Positions 1-13,594 of a DNA stretch of 46,301 nt are shown here, in pieces. A program made the translations under genes and the position numbers. Positions within the stretch are counted from its first letter, which is position 1, and each line of letters opens with the position of its first letter. The notes beneath the pieces are model-generated. The model made no database searches. It was not told the origin of the DNA and saw only the letters and a list, made by a program, of their open reading frames with translations. The stretch is from Trichinella spiralis (lineage: Eukaryota): contig NW_003526945.1 in the NCBI RefSeq assembly GCF_000181795.1, positions 2,921,493 through 2,967,793 of the forward strand. Direction: 5' to 3'.

Positions 1-1141
1 GTGATAGATAACAACAGCATACGACGAAATTAGTCGAGTGTGAAAGAAACGTGTCAAACAAACCTTGCTGTGCGCATGCGTCTTTCAGCCTGCTTATTTG
101 TCGCTATTTTTCAACGTTATTTCGTGTGTTTCTCTGATTTCCCTATTGCAGTATGCATGTCCGCTGTAGTATGCAAATAAATGGATAAAATATTCTCGAT
201 TGCTGTTCAATCAGTCGAAGACTATCAACTGAATACTGACTGTTGACCACGAAGGGGCAAATTTTACATTCAAATAGCACTCTGTACGAAACCGAACGAA
301 AATTCAGTTGCAATGTTCCTCTTCCCTTCGAGAATCTTTTCTTCCAGCTTACGCTTTCCATAAGCGTAGCAGCACTTGTGAAAAAGCTGTTTCGGGGCAA
401 TGTCTATCTAGCTCGTGCGATTTCATGAACGCTAGCTAATTGCTGCCATTTGATGTTCTGCATTTCAATTCCGCAATCCTCAACATTCGCGTTTGCCATG
501 TTAGTGGCTACGTACTGCTACTACTATTGAACCTGCGATGCAAATACAACCAAGGTTGCTGTCAACTTTGTAATCGGTCGATCCAACCCTGAACGTAACT
601 TGATCACCAACTGCCAAATGAATTGTTGAAACATGCTCAAAACGAACGCATCACCGACAGACGCGACGTCGAATCTCGCTTCATACAATGACCAAACTGT
701 GGAGGCAGATTGGTTTGTCGGACAGTCGTATTCGACGTTCTGTGCCTCGGATTATGGCAAAGGCAATCAAGTAAGCTTGCTCAGAAAAGCCGGAAATGAT
801 GCTGGTAATTTAAGTAAGCATGACGCATCGTGAAAACACGCAAGCACGCACGCACGCACGCATAGCACACGCTACATCCGGTTGACATTTTCTTCTCTTC
901 TTCTTGTTCTTCTTCTTCTTAATACTTCAATACAGCCTCTAATTTATTATTCATTTCAAACTTAACCGATTGGTCAATGCGAATGTAACTTGATTTGAGT
1001 GGAAACTTTTCAAAGGAATTTAATCAAATTGCCGTTCTTCTATTTAAACTTAGTTTTCTTTAATTTTACTGTACTAATTTATTTATAGTTAATATTTCTT
1101 TTTATTAGTTCGAAAGTGAGTGACCACGCGGCGTACGAATA

Positions 1142-1872
1142 ATGGCAGAACCAAGCGTCTCTGAAGCTGTTGACAGTGCTGAAAGTGATATTTTGTTCTT
1201 TTATTCTTGTACTGTTGTAGTTACTGAACAGTTTTAGCACACTAGTGGGATGTATATTGTTGTTGTTTATGAATAAATTCAAAAATCAAAATTAGCACAT
1301 TTTCGGTGTTGTTGCTGTGAAAAGTTTCGTACTTTGAACGCACGCAATTATAATTTTATTTTTCTGTTTTCTTTTTTTTTTCCAAAAGTGAACATTTCAT
1401 TTTGCTTTTCGTCACTTGGTAAGAACAGGAAAATGTTGCATTTTATCTGTGAAGAAATTATGTGAAATTGATTTAAATTAATTTATCTTATTTATATTTA
1501 TATTTATTTATTTATTTTCTTTTAGTCTCTTCTGTCGATTATGAACGAGCTTTGCATGGTAATTGCGAAGGTCCAGATTCATTCTTTATTAAATTAATAT
1601 CGTCAGATTGCCATGAATTTATTATTCCCCGTCACATGGCTTTAGTTTCTGGAACAATTAAAGCCATGTTATCAGGCCCGGGGCAGTTTGCCGAAAATGA
1701 AACAAATGTTATACATTTCAAAGAAATACCATCGCATATATTGCAAAAAGTGGTCCATTATTTTCAGTATAAAACAGTTTACACTAATAGCAGTACAGAA
1801 ATTCCCGACTTTCCCATTCAGCCGGAATTAGCACTTGAACTGCTAATGGCCGCCAACTTTTTGGACTGCTGA
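1142..1872 (+). CDS. elc-1: Elongin C (ELOC/TCEB1), canonical copy; exons 1142-1184 and 1526-1872
   Basis: Exon 2 encodes [20 protein letters not shown]...[64 protein letters not shown], very close to metazoan elongin C. Exon 1 ([14 protein letters not shown]) joins through a phase-1 intron to the tttag acceptor ending 1525. The donor gtgata is weak, so exon 1 is less certain. Confidence 0.95.
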
Positions 1873-2607
1873 ATCGAATGCTGATTCTGTGGAGAGGCAT
1901 TGATTTGTTTTTTCTCCACAGCAAAACTTTAAATGTTCTTGTAGTTTTTTGGGCACTTTATTCAATTTATAGAATGAATTTCGATCCATTGGACAAGGTT
2001 GACATTGTTGTAATTCACACGTGACGCATCAGTTGTATTAATTGAAATATGTGGCTGCTTAATTACTAAAACAATTTTTTTGGTGAAAGTTTTCATCTTA
2101 TTCCACTAATGGGTGCAAAATATGTTACAGTAATCGTGTGTGTATGAGTTGTACGTATTGATCCGATTGTGTATTCTGTACATTGTGCATCACTCCCGGT
2201 TACTGTAAATTATTGTGGCTCGCAAGTATGAGGGTCTTTTTCTCGACTGACTGTTGTTTGAATTGTAGACGAAATAAATTTTCTCAATTGTGAAATAAAT
2301 TAAAAATATTGCGCACAATATTACAAGCAATTCATATATATATATATATAATACAGTATTGGAATGATAATTTTCAATTTGTACTTTTTCATGTGTTGAA
2401 TAATGGAAATATTCAATAAATTATTGACAAAAAAAATTTTTTTCTCTGAACACTTGCAAATGAAAAACATTTACATTGTGAAATATTGTCCATAAATGCC
2501 CATTGATTTGACAATGCCGTCGGCCGTTGATTATTCCAATTTTACCGCTTCATCATTGTAATGTTCTCAACTATTATGCAAATTTGTTCAAATCGCTCAA
2601 TGAAATA

Positions 2608-2638
2608 TGTGTGTGTGTGTGTGTGCGCGTGTGTGTGT
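2608..2638. repeat. (GT)n microsatellite, interrupted
   Basis: tgtgtgtgtgtgtgtgtgcgcgtgtgtgtgt. Confidence 0.9.
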
Positions 2639-3140
2639 TTGTTCATATGCTTGAATTGTTCACAATTGCTTTCGACTTTGTTTATTTGTTGGCGCATTAA
2701 TTGACGGTGGACTTGTTTTGGTTGATCAATTTTATTAGTACAGTTTGAATATTGTGCTCAATTGCAGTGGACGACGGCGAAGATGGGCAAAGTTGATCGA
2801 AGCGCGCGAGCTGTATATTATTTATTCTGTTCGTTGAATTGCGCATCACGTTTTCCTGTGTACACAGTTTGCATGCTTTGATCACGATTGCCAGTCGACA
2901 ATGATCATCATCTAGGGTCTTTTGTATTTGTTGAATAGAACTATCGGTGTGTGATTGAAAATAGAGAAAAGAACGTTTTTTTGCGGACAGAAGGTAAGTT
3001 GAAGTGCATCTCGTTGGAAAGCAAGATGGACGTTTATTATTTTGTTTGTTTAAATTATCAAGCTCCAATAATGCGTAGGTGTTGGGTTTGGGAAAGTTGA
3101 GCTCGTGATGGAAATTTTTTTTTCCGCATCGCTTGTGATA

Positions 3141-3142
<2 letters not shown>

Positions 3143-3181
<39 letters not shown>
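3143..3181. repeat. (TA)n microsatellite
   Basis: About 19 TA units; explains the IYIYIY runs in the spurious ORFs 2697-3299 and 3058-3414. Confidence 0.95.
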
Positions 3182-3182
<1 letters not shown>

Positions 3183-4099
3183 TAAGAGCAGCCATGCATG
3201 CGGGGACAGAAAGTTGGGGGGGGGGGAAGGGGGTAGGGAAATGATTGATGCAAAAGTTGGAGCAACAATTGCACACAACACAACACAACAGAACAACAAA
3301 CATCGAGATGATGGATAATGTTGGTGAAACGTTTAATATTGAATATAAATATATAATGGACAAGAATGTCTTTTTTGAAATCTTTTGATCGATCAAAATT
3401 GCCAACAGGTTCAACTATTTTTCAAGTTCAAAATCCAAAGTAGCCGACGGTGAAAAATATGCATGCCATTTGCTGCTATATGCGACAGCAACGGCAAAAT
3501 ATGCGTTCGTCGATTGTTCTTTTGACAAATTTTTATAATGTTGTTTCTTTTAATAATGGAAATTTTTAATAATAATAATAATAATGATGATGATGATGAT
3601 AGAAGAAGTTGTGTGGAAAAAATTATGTTATAAAGTTGAAGTTGTTATTCGAAATTTTCAAACGACCCACGAAACTTGCACCACCGGTCGGTCGGTTGCC
3701 ATGGAGTCGACCAATCCTGTTTCTTTATCTTCCATTGATCATCGTCCGATTTGACGAATCGCGAAAAAGCCGAAATTTCTACTTTTCAGCACCGGCGAAG
3801 TTAGTCAGTCAGTCGGTCGGTCAGTCGGTTGGGTCGGTCGGTTTGAACGATAATTTTAAGCAGTAGAATTAAGCTAAAACGATAATTGGCCGTTTGTTGA
3901 ACGACAAACATCAACGTCGTCGACACAATCTACCAGGCAAAAGAGATACTTTTTCTTAACCTTTTCCTATGCGGGTGGGATGTGGAAATTTTCAAACAAA
4001 TCAGATTTTTCGTTTTCTTTTCTTGAAAATATACTACAATTTCAATTATTAAATATTGTTTGTTTATTTTTCAGAGAAAACAACAATTGAAAATTAGTG

Positions 4100-4623
4100 A
4101 TGAGAACGATCAGTACGAACACTGATGCTACGATTGTCGAAAGTACCGACAGTGTTGAAAATGGTATTCTTTTTCTTTTTCTTTTTTCTTTTTGCTTTTG
4201 ACGACATCCTTGATTGTGATTGTTATATTTAAATTTCCATTACAAAATTACAACCGCGTTGTTCTTTCAGTGCCGGATTATGACCGAATCGAGCAAATTT
4301 TGCCAAACAACAATGCCGGGCGTGGTCCGTATTATGTAAAATTAATTTCGTCCGATTGTCACGAATTTATCGTTCCACTCGACATGGCCATTGCCGCTTC
4401 TGGAACAATCAGGACGATGCTGGCCGGCGTGATGCATTCGACCGAAAACAACATTTTCACCATCCGTCTACGGGAAATTCCATCTCGCATTCTGCAAAAA
4501 GTGGTCCACTATTTCCACTACAAGACGGTCTACAGCAACAGTAGCACCGAAATTCCCCACTTTCCCATACCCCAACATTTGGCACTTCAGATGCTGATGG
4601 CGGCGACATTTTTGGATTGCTGA
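4100..4623 (+). CDS. Elongin C paralog, divergent copy; exons 4100-4163 and 4271-4623
   Basis: [15 protein letters not shown]...SGTIRTML...[46 protein letters not shown]. The phase-1 intron (gtattc...ctttcag) sits at the same position as in copy 1, and exon 1 ends DSVEN versus DSAE. A ttttcag acceptor ending 4074 lies just upstream of the ATG (5'UTR intron or trans-splice site). Confidence 0.9.
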
Positions 4624-7600
4624 AAACATTGGGCAATCTAATTTTTTTTTTCTCTTCGAAAGAAGTGGGGGAAGTGGAAATTGATTCCAATTCTGTTCAA
4701 CATCAATCGTCATTTTTCTGTTCATACAGGGGGGGGGAGGGTATAGAATATTGAAATGATGGATTCGTTCGATTGATTGGAATTTCTGTTTTTCATTGCA
4801 ATTTCATTATTGAAAAATAAATTTGATACAAATTTGAATAAATTTCATAATATGAATTGATGCAAATTTTCCAATTCTAATTCCAATTGATTAATATTCT
4901 ATCACAATTCCACGTTTCTATTCCAAATGTACCAAAACAAACAAACGGTTTAGCTTTCTTCTTTCCCCGTTTATTAATTTTCACTATTCGAATGTGAACA
5001 CATTTGCAAAGTTCACTTTCACTTCAACATATTTGTCTTTTATATCAATGTCTACTGTGATTCAATTGTGATAAATTGTGCAGTTTTTTTTTTCATTCTT
5101 TGCCTCGTAGCACAACGAGGAAAACATACGTCGGTTAGTAGTGGCACTTCAGTTACATCTGAGCGAAACCGTTTCCTGGTGAGTTGCTTTTCTATAACGT
5201 TTCAGCTTTAAAAGCGGAAACTTTTAATCTGATTTAATTTTATTGCCAGCAGAACTCTGCTTTAACATTTATAATCACTTTTATGCGACAGCATGCCACA
5301 CCACATCGTAGCAAGTATAAAATGACATTTGATTTTAAATAATTGATAATTTCTTGATCACATGATCTAAATTATTAACGAATTGTGCTCTTGCAAAAAA
5401 AATGATATTATTCTGCTCTGTGATTTTTATTAAATTCACAAAAACATAATAAACATGTTTGATTCAGTACATATATATATGTATATCTTGGAGAAATTTC
5501 TGATCGCGTTACTCTTCTATTTCAAAACCAAATTACGCGGTATCGTTTGTTGTGTTCAATTTTAACAAACATTATCGGCTGGATTTCAATTTTACGCTTT
5601 CATACAATATCACTTTCGCTTAAACAACAACGACTTCCTCTGATGAATACGAAAACGATTTTCAAGTTCTAATTTATTTTTCTTTTCGTTCAATTTCAAC
5701 CTTCAACCAAATCTGATGCCCAAAATTTGCACCTCCATCAATACTTGCTTGCATGTTGCAATGGATGCCCGTTCCAAAAACAGAAATACAAACTGCAACT
5801 GAAATCACAGAAAAAGTATCATTTTACTTAATTTTCGAAACGACTACTGTAAAGGAACCTTAGCCAAAAACACCAATTTACTGTACATCATATGTTGACA
5901 AAACAAGAAATTAAATTTTAGATCGCCTAATAAATTTACAAACAAAAATCTTCCATACCAGCCTCTCGTAATTAAAAAACAAATTTTTGTGTTCTAAACT
6001 AACAAAAAGATAAATGGAAATGCATTGAAATTTTGGGCAAAGAAACACAAATTTTTTTTATAAAATATCAGCAACTCAAACGATGGAAAATTAATAATGT
6101 TGGGAAGAACCTCTAGCCTTCAGCAAGTTAGGCGGAAGCTCTAGCTCACGATGGAGCTGCGCGTCAGAGCGTGACGCTGTGACGTCATTCCCGCATGTAT
6201 ATACGAATGCGTTATCAAATTTTACTAACGCTTGATCACTTACGCGCATAACTGCGTTGCACGCTGATCACTTTGGTAGTTTATGCTTGATAAAATTCAT
6301 CAAATAATCATCGTTCATATGAGCATTTTCAAAACCCATAGAGCTTATTATTGTAAAAGTGTGAAGACAAGAGCTTTAATAAGAAAAGAATTTTCAGGAG
6401 CAATTTTACAAGGAACAACAATTTGCACGCAACAGCTACGCAAAATCATCCCTTTCCTGGCTATTGGATTTCAATCAACGAAAATGTTGCTCATTTTGAA
6501 TGAAAAAAAACTTGCTGTAAAACTGTATACAAACACTAAATGTAAAGTTTTATGAACCCAAACTCGGTTTACAGCTTAATTTTTTCACAAAATCAAATAA
6601 TTTCAAGCGGTTCAGTTTATTATACGAAGACAGTAAGATTATGTATCTATCACGTAAGAAAATTAATTATCCATTTGTTCTATTAATAATTGCTGCGTCA
6701 ATCTAACGATATCCATATTACAGTATCAATATTTGCTGATGTCAGGGTATTAATCTAATTGTCGGTTGCCAAAGTTTCCTATAATGACCATATTTTTTAT
6801 TCTAGATTGATATTTCATCAATTTCATGTGCAGTGAAACTGGTTTTCAACGATTACAGACCTATTGATACTTGACTTTCAATAATTATTACCTACTTTTA
6901 TTGTACCGGCAAAATTCAGTTTGGTTAGACTTAACCTTAATTAATTATTAATTTTTTCTTAAACAAGTGTTATCACATAATGTCAACGTGAGGAAAAATT
7001 CAAATGCAGTTTATCTTCTACTACGTGGTTCTTGTGAGTTATCAGCCTTATTGATAAATGGAATGAATTTCGATTTAAAATATTTTCTCGTATATGTATT
7101 TTTCTGGTATAGTTTCTTCGCAGTAAGTGATATATGCTTTGTTTTTTATTTATGACATTTTTCAATTATTTATTCATGGTAAAACTGAAACTTTACTTGC
7201 ATTGTTTTGTAGCTGATAAGAAGATTATAGAGTAGTAGAAATCCAAAACCACAGAGAGAACATTTCTCATTAAAATTCATTCCAATAGAACAGCATTATG
7301 CATTTTTAGTGAGCACATTTGAGTATTTCATTTTCATGGTCTACTGGCATCTTGACTCATTTTGATATTATTTCTGTAGAAATTTCAATTGCATGGGTTC
7401 ATCACTGGCCGTCTTATCGTTCAATTGCTGTGCATTACCAGTTAATCTGTCTACTGCTTCCTTTTATACAGTTAATGCATGATATTTGCATGATAATGCT
7501 GAGCAGAGAAGCAACGTCTTTCTGATGTTTCACGTTGTATGCTCATTGATGCGAAAGAAAGAAAAAGTTTTAATTTTGTTGAACTCGTCATTTAAACATT

Positions 7601-8186
7601 TGTAAATCCACGCCCAGAATTCAACGTTTCATGCGAACAAATTCAAAATGCGTTAAACATCGAAGAGACTACAGTCGATTTTGAATTGTAGTATGAGCGT
7701 AAGTACCATATCCATTTCTCGAGATGGGTTTGTCGCTTCAGCACCGTTTTAAAAATATTTTCTGATAATATGTATTCGTTATAAAAACTTGTTTCAAGTG
7801 GATAATCTTTATTTTTTTTAAGTGTAGAATATTTGTTGGCAATACTTGAACATCATTTTTGTTGGATACGGTTGTTTTGGTAACATCAAATTAGTGACAA
7901 TTAGTTTTTAAGTCACATCATTTTGTATAAATGAGTTATTTGTGTTTTGCACTTCATAAACATTTATTTTAATGATAATATCCTGCGTAATAGTTCTTCA
8001 GATTGACTGAAGTTGTTGTAAGTGTTTTTAGTACAGTGATGATATTTTTCTTTAACTCGCCATCAAATTCATCTCCTCGTTGTGATAATATTTGTGGTGA
8101 TCGCGTCGTGAAATATACCAAATTATTAGTTTACACGGTGTGTTGGAAGGAATTTAGGGTGATCTTTTGTCAAGAAAGAATTTGAA

Positions 8187-11100
8187 ATGGACGGTGGCCG
8201 GCGAAATGATATGTCTGAGGAAGAAAATACCGCAAGAAAAGCTGTGGAGAAGAATAAACTGAAATGGCGACGACGACAAAATACCTCTGATACTCCGGAG
8301 GTAGATCCTGTTTTCCCATCTGCAATCTCAGAAAGCGCTCCACATCGTATGCAACCAAGACCCAGAAAATCATGTACAATAATGGGAACTGAACGCCATG
8401 ATCTTTTCGGGCCCGGTATGTGTTCTCTCTCAATTTTTTTTTATTTAGCATACTAATATAAATATTATTCAATCGCATTTTAGTACGCGAACTGTTTAAA
8501 GAAATTTTTGGATCCAGTGTAAATAAATTTGTTGTCCAGAATTGTGAAATTCCATCAGGGCGGCGTACGCCGTTTGCATCTGTGCATAAACCAGGGCCTT
8601 CCAATTATCATGCCACGGTGAGTTTATTTTCCAGAATATTTATGTTATGAATTTTTGAAATGTCTGATTTTTTGAAATTACTGTCGGCCCTCAACATCGG
8701 CAGTATGTGCGTTCGGGCGGAACCTCGAATGTTGAATTAACGCGAATAGTTGTCACTTCAATTCACACACCTCGCCACTGATGCTTTATAATCCTAGGCA
8801 ACTGTCTGAAAGCTGCCAGGAATATTATCAAGGACCGTCTACTGATTTGCATTTTAAATATTTATCCCGTATTTATTTTTTTGTTCATATTTTTCAATTG
8901 GATTCAGTGTATAACAGTCAAAATCATCGGTGTGTTCTCGCTTGCAAAATTGCCAGAAATGGAGGGACTGTCCGACGCATCTTTCTTAAAAAACAGTGTA
9001 ATGTAAAAACAAAACATTGAATATGTGACAGTAGTATTTATTTCATGCATTACGTGTTTACTCGAATTTTGCGTAAATCTCACGCAGTGTTCGACTCTGC
9101 TAGCATGAAAGCGGAAGTTCTGCACTTCCAGACATGTCTGGAGCGAGTGTCTGAAATCGTTGAACCGGTTTTGCCGTAAGCTGACTTCCCGTTCTGTGCG
9201 CGCTAATGTTTTTATCTTTTTTCACTTTAGCATTAGTAGCGATTATTTAGTTTGTTCGGTTAAGTCGTAATCAGCACTATTATGGTGTGGAGAGTTTTGT
9301 CAGCGGAAACAACTTTGCACTGAACCTGCAGATCCACAGCATACATGCACACTAGGGTCTAAAAATAGAATTCATCTTTTCTGGCGATTTTGAAATTCAC
9401 GAATGTTGAAGGCCAACTGTAGTTTTAATTATTTTATTTTTTTGCTCTGATCATTTATTTGCAAATGAAGATTTGTATTTTTCTACCTTCAACCAGATAG
9501 ATAGGAATTAGAATAAATTTAGTATTGCTTATTTCAAAAGTGGTAATTTCTGCTGATAAATGTAATTTACGTATTATGCTGCATGTATTGGATAATTTTT
9601 GATCGCACTTGTTGTTTGTAAATTTACATTATTCTTGTAATTTTGCAGGACCATGAATGTAGTAATGATTCGGAAATGAAGTCGAAGTCGAGTTTGTATT
9701 CCGGAAGTAGAACGATGGGGGAAACATGTGAGTGAGCTTTGAATGAAGCGGAAATGCTTCAGTTGACTGATATTGTTGATCTGCTAATTGGGTTGGCTTT
9801 TGATGCTTCAGCTTTGAACGAGAGTGAATATGCCGAAGAAGTGATGGATGAAAATTCAAAAGCCGCCGATAATCAAACAAGCAGTACGCAGTACAAGCTA
9901 GTGGAAAAGTGCCGCATACCTGGCGGGGGTTGTGACTTGCCAGCTTTTGCTGGTTATGGCTATTGTATTTATCATACTCCACAAATGAAATTTATACAAT
10001 GTCGGTATGATGCTGGAACTAGAGTGAACAGATGCCCGAATGGAGTTTCCGATGTGCGATTCGGGTAAAAGAGAATATTAGTACTTTTATTTGTTGCAGT
10101 TTTGTAATTTATGGAAAGATAAGCGAATTTTGTTTTAGCGTAATTTTAATGTGTGGTCTGTTTTATAGCCTTTGTGATGAGCATAAAATGGCGTTGGTGG
10201 AAATAGTGTTAGCTGAAGAAAGAGCTGCTAAATTGGAAGAAGGGGGATATGCGGATGGAAGAAAGTTTCGTGCGTTTTTGCGTAGGCTGAAATTACCCAC
10301 TTACAGCAGCGGATACGGAAGTAAGGAAATAATTTATTAAGGCAGCTGTAAGTTGGTTATATGCTAAAATAGGTATTATTTTCGCTAATTATATTTGTGA
10401 ATCAATTTATTATTTAAGTATTAAAGATTATAAATAAATAATAACTGTGACTGTGGATAAATAAATTTATTTGTTTATTGTGTTGCAGCTAATTTTGACG
10501 ATTCGTTCAGTACCGATTCGGATTCGGAGACTGAAGATGGGGTTTCCAAATGCGCTACGCCAGATTACGATTATAGTTCTGTCCTTGATGATAATGAACC
10601 ATTGAGGTGAGCGCATGTTTTCAATTGTATTTTATTTGTTTTGGGTTGTTGGGATAGATATCATATTTATCAGTTTTTGGTTTTACTGTTGTACTGTTGT
10701 TTGTTCATTTTCACATCGATTCTGTTGTAATTGAAAAAATGCAGCTGTCTTGGAATTGCAAATGTGAAAAAATTGATACGAATTATCCATGATGAGAAAG
10801 GCACGAAAAGGAATCGGTTGATGGACTATCTGGAAATAGCGCTACTGGCAGAGCAGCAGAGAAAAGAAGCGCAAAAACAATCTGCAGGTCCGATTTCAAT
10901 TATTAATTCGATATTGTTGAAATAGTGTTGATTGAATTTTTCTATTTTAGACAGAACTCCAGTTGAAGATGATGAGTGGGAGGTATTGGTGATTTCAGAC
11001 GATTCAGTTGATGGTGATGATGTTGATGATGATGATGATTCGAAACCTGATAAGGATTTCGAACCCAATGAATTGTCTGTTCAAGGGAATGAAAATGTTG

Positions 11101-12574
11101 AAATTTGTTCTTCGTTTGGTGAGAATAATTTGCCACAACAGAGGTTGGTTGATTGACATGTATTTTATTTCATCATTGCCTTAAAGTTATTATTCTTTTT
11201 TATATTTGCGTTTGTTTCGCTGCATGAAGTTGTGTTCATTTTCATTTAGAAACGACACTGAATTTGAATCATCTTCAACAACATCCTGTGGCACGACTGC
11301 TTTGCCTCACGTAAATTTCTCTGGGACAGGTGCTTATAAATTATTTATAAAATGAAGACATTCATTAATGTGGAAGTTGCTTTTCAGATTCGTTTGCAGA
11401 TAAAAATGAGAACCTCTCAGAAAAGTGCGTACAGCCCAATTATGCAGGTTCGCTTTTTTTCAATGAACTGTACGGTTCTGATCAGTTTATTCATCCAGAT
11501 CTTCATCCTGAAATGGAGCAGGTAAATTTCAGTTGTCCAATTAGATGATGATTTCAGAAAGACAAATATTAATAATGATTTTTATCTTGCGAAAATTGCT
11601 GTCATGCGTAATTTTTAAGCATTTCCCAGTTTTATTGCATTTTGTAAAGCGAAATGTTGCGCGATTCATTTTGATATTTATGCGATATAGTGGAATAATA
11701 ATAATTTCAACATTTCCAATTTGTTCGCTGTATTTGAAGGCTGATTACGTGGGTACTTTTGCGGGCAAGCGAACATCGCAACCGTTGTTGTCGTTGATCG
11801 GAAGAAAAAGAATCCCACCGCTCGACTGGAATACTTACTACCGCCACGCTAAGAGGCTGGTAAGGAAAAATCAGAGTATCTTCGTGGTATATGTATTGAT
11901 GTATTTTTGTAGAAATGATTTTTCATTAACTGAAAGGCAGGAAATATTTACTGTCAGAAATATTATGGCTAGATGTGAAATAGGTTGAAAGGGATGATAA
12001 TTTTTGATTTCTAATTTAGAAAATCATAAAAAATGACATCGATGATTGTATAAAGAAGCTGCTTGCTTTGAGACAAGAATGTGTAGAGAAGTTCATTTTT
12101 GAAGAATTAACCCGCGGTGGTGGTGATGGTGGCGGTTTTGGTCTTGGTGGTGATAATGTGAACTGTGGAACTACAGTATGTGATAATTGAAATTAAACTG
12201 AACATATGTATTTTACTTCAGTGATGTGTTGTTTATCTTCAGCAGAGTGGTAGAAATGCAAGATCATTTTTGAGCGACAAATTTCAATCAAATCGAATTG
12301 TAATTTTCAAAAAAAAAATTTTACAGCTTGGTTTTCTTTTAAATTGATTTGCTGTGCTTCTTTTAGGGGTCATTGATTGTTCGAGCAGTCTCTTGTTTGG
12401 TGGAAGATTATTTGGTAACTTTTAATGTAATTTTTGATTGTTTTTTGACATTTTTCTATTTTTCTCTATTTTTAGGAACCACTTTTTGAAATACGAGCTC
12501 TGAACGGTGACGTTTTTAAGTCCATTGTTCTCGATCTTGTGCAATTTTTAATGCGCCGTTATGAAGAGTTGTAA
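8187..12574 (+). CDS. KANSL2/INO80D-like protein with a C3H-C3H (zf-C3Hc3H) zinc finger; about 15 exons
   Basis: Phase-consistent exon chain: 8187-8415, 8484-8617, 9649-9727, 9812-10064, 10169-10320, 10489-10606, 10745-10887, 10951-11142, 11250-11328, 11388-11521, 11740-11859, 12020-12175, 12243-12299, 12367-12414, 12476-12574. The spliced product has CRIPGGGCDLPAFAGYGYCIYH...KFIQCRY...RCPNG...LCDEH, matching the KANSL2 N-terminal finger pattern. An acidic tract follows, ending DDNEPLSCLGI (cf. KANSL2 DQEDPLKHAGV). The 3' end is uncertain. Confidence 0.65.
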
Positions 12575-12746
12575 TTTTTTGAATGTTTGTTCCACGAGTG
12601 TGCATTTCGATAGTTCATCACAGTCACAGTGAGCATTTTTGAAAATTTTCCAATATCTATCTAGTACATGAGAAAGTAATTACGACTTATAAGTTTTTTT
12701 TGGCGTTGTTTGGCGCTAATTTTTGTCTGTTATTCATTGGGTCTGG

Positions 12747-13287
12747 ATGAATGATGGTGGAGGTGAATTGAGTAAACTGCTGGTGAGTTGCTTTGGACGT
12801 TGTTTTCCGTGCCGCGTTTATTTATTTGATTGATACAGTTTTACAAATTTGAGAATTTTAGTATGACAGTGATCAAATGGGCATTTTATTTTGAAAGCTT
12901 CAATATAAATTGAAGTCGTACAGTTGCAATTGTGGGGAAGTTAATATTTTGTAGGCGTTTTATAGTGGGAAAGAACAATTGGAGACGTGTTATTCAATTG
13001 ATCATTGCAGACTGACTGTATTGATTGATATTGATGCCCGTTGTCCAAACCTGGAACAGTATTTTGAACAGTTTATTCAACGTGCAATGGTTGAAATTCA
13101 CGACGTTACGAAATCGTATTCAACAAGCAATAAAAATGAATTATTACAAGATATCATAGAAGATGTTTCAGCGTCGATGTTGGATGAGGTTTGCATAATT
13201 TCACGACAAATTTTTTGTTAACAATTAATGATGATTTTTTTGATCATTTTGAATCTTAAGCAGCAACAACAATATCATGTCCATTGA
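12747..13287 (+). CDS. Small spliced ORF, or unresolved 3' exons of the upstream gene; exons 12747-12782, 12955-13188, 13261-13287
   Basis: MNDGGGELSKLL ends at a gtgagt donor and joins in phase 0 to gtag|AFYSGKEQLETCYS...SASMLDE, then QQQQYHVH*. No recognised homology. Confidence 0.35.
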
Positions 13288-13594
13288 AATATTACTTGAC
13301 ATTGCTGTGAATTTGAACATGGGGAATGTAATTTTTTTTTAATTGATAAGTAAAAGAATTGATGAAGAAGTTATTAATTTAATATTGAAATGGTATACTT
13401 ATAAGTACGGTATACTTTAAAATGCACTCAAGCAATGTTAAGTATTTTAAAGGGTTAGATTAAACAATTGAAAGCTTTAAAATACACGTGTAATAAGTTA
13501 ATAAAATGAGCGGTCAGATTTAAAGTGAGTTCAGTTTGGTAAAAAGTTTCTCGCGAATCGGTATTAAACGCTTCTGTCTCCATTGACATCACTG

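Noticed and set aside
143..833. Short ORFs on both strands at the window start
   Set aside because: No recognisable motifs or consistent splice chain
2697..3414. 200-aa and 118-aa minus-strand ORFs
   Set aside because: They run through (TA)n and poly-G tracts; low-complexity artefacts
7693..8186. atgagc|gtaagt and a small exon at 8002-8017 as coding starts of the zinc-finger gene
   Set aside because: In-frame stops follow; more likely 5'UTR exons
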